A program made the translations under genes and the position numbers. A DNA stretch of 34,561 bases from Candidatus Woesearchaeota archaeon. Its GTDB lineage: Archaea > Nanobdellota > Nanobdellia > Pacearchaeales > GW2011-AR1. This document shows positions 34,220 through 34,561 of the stretch, in pieces (position 1 is the stretch's first letter; every line of letters begins with the position of its first letter). The notes under the pieces are model-generated. The model made no database searches. It had not been told where the DNA came from and worked only from the letters and a program-made list of their open reading frames with translations. The DNA is taken from assembly GCA_964528215.1 (NCBI GenBank), contig CAZGSA010000002.1:1-34561 (forward strand), given 5' to 3'.

Positions 34220-34561
34220 TCAGTCAAATATTCTTCCTGCAAATATAATCAACCCAAGAATAATCATTATTAACTGCATTGTCCAAAGACCAATTACTAC
34301 TTCATATTCATAAGCCTTCCTATTAGGTTTAATTTTCTTAATAAACCATAACATAACATGCTCTAACCCATAAAAATTTTTATATCTAAGCTCTAAACTC
34401 CCATCTTTACTTGGAACCCCATAAGATTGTTTTTTCAGTCCTCCCCTTGCTTTTAAAATTATTTCAATAAAATAAGGAATAAAAATAAACAAAGCAAATC
34501 TTTCAAAATTTCCTAAAATAGCCATTATAGCCACCATTGCTCCAACAGAATATGTTAAAAC
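34220..34561 (-). CDS. GT4-family polyprenol-phosphate N-acetylhexosamine-1-phosphate transferase (MraY/WecA/AglH-like), C-terminal part (5' end outside the window)
   Basis: The frame stays open from 34537 to the window end (VLTYSVGAMVAIMAILGNFERFALFIFIPYFIEIILKARGG...). The hydrophobic C-terminal helices and the loop GVPSKDGSLE resemble archaeal AglH-type enzymes. The assignment rests on limited sequence. Confidence 0.55.
   Translation of the reverse strand, partial: VLTYSVGAMVAIMAILGNFERFALFIFIPYFIEIILKARGGLKKQSYGVPSKDGSLELRYKNFYGLEHVMLWFIKKIKPNRKAYEYEVVIGLWTMQLIMIILGLIIFAGRIFD

Noticed and set aside
2653-34561. The glycan island as a recently acquired mobile genomic island
   Set aside because: There is no integrase, transposase, flanking tRNA or direct-repeat att sites in the window. 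Composition looks uniformly AT-rich across secD, the TA genes and the island. Horizontal origin cannot be assessed without the rest of the genome.

Overview
This is a very AT-rich, tightly packed window with no rRNA, tRNA, CRISPR array, transposase or integrase that I can see. The gene content looks archaeal: a DUF354 protein, an AglH-like GT4, archaeal-style RHH/PIN pairs, and GGTG/GGAG ribosome-binding sites only at some starts. It could be a DPANN-type or methanogen-type genome, but taxonomy cannot be settled from the sequence alone. The left edge holds the 3' part of secD, a 445-bp non-coding stretch and an intact vapBC-like RHH/PIN pair. From about 2.6 kb to the right edge the window is one continuous cell-surface glycan island of about 32 kb. 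The island contains a pseudaminic-acid-type core: pseB, pseC and a pseI-pseH fusion. It also has a second NeuB-family synthase fused to a D-lyxose-isomerase-type cupin, translationally coupled to a NeuA-type cytidylyltransferase fused to a HAD phosphatase. A 1017-codon gene fuses an aldo-keto reductase, an SpsF-type cytidylyltransferase and a class III aminotransferase. Two tandem paralogous ~500-aa GT-B proteins carry an HP motif and are candidate CMP-sugar (nonulosonate) transferases. Other island genes are five SAM methyltransferase-like genes, a Wzx flippase, a GT10 fucosyltransferase, a FemAB-like/DegT/deacetylase module, wecB plus DUF354, and a Gtr-like trio (GtrA, GT2, ArnT/PMT-like GT-C). 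A CE4 deacetylase and a partial GT4 phosphosugar transferase close the window. The least explained observation is non-coding. A 40-45 nt motif (core CATCTTCAAAACATA) recurs in one orientation in most of the longer intergenic regions, including four copies inside a diverged tandem duplication after secD. Other oddities are a PIN toxin gene killed by an in-frame TAA, a G7 run exactly at the neuA-HAD stop / neuB start overlap, and an A9/A12 run at the 5' end of the fucosyltransferase gene. All functional calls come from recognising motifs by eye; no database search was run.
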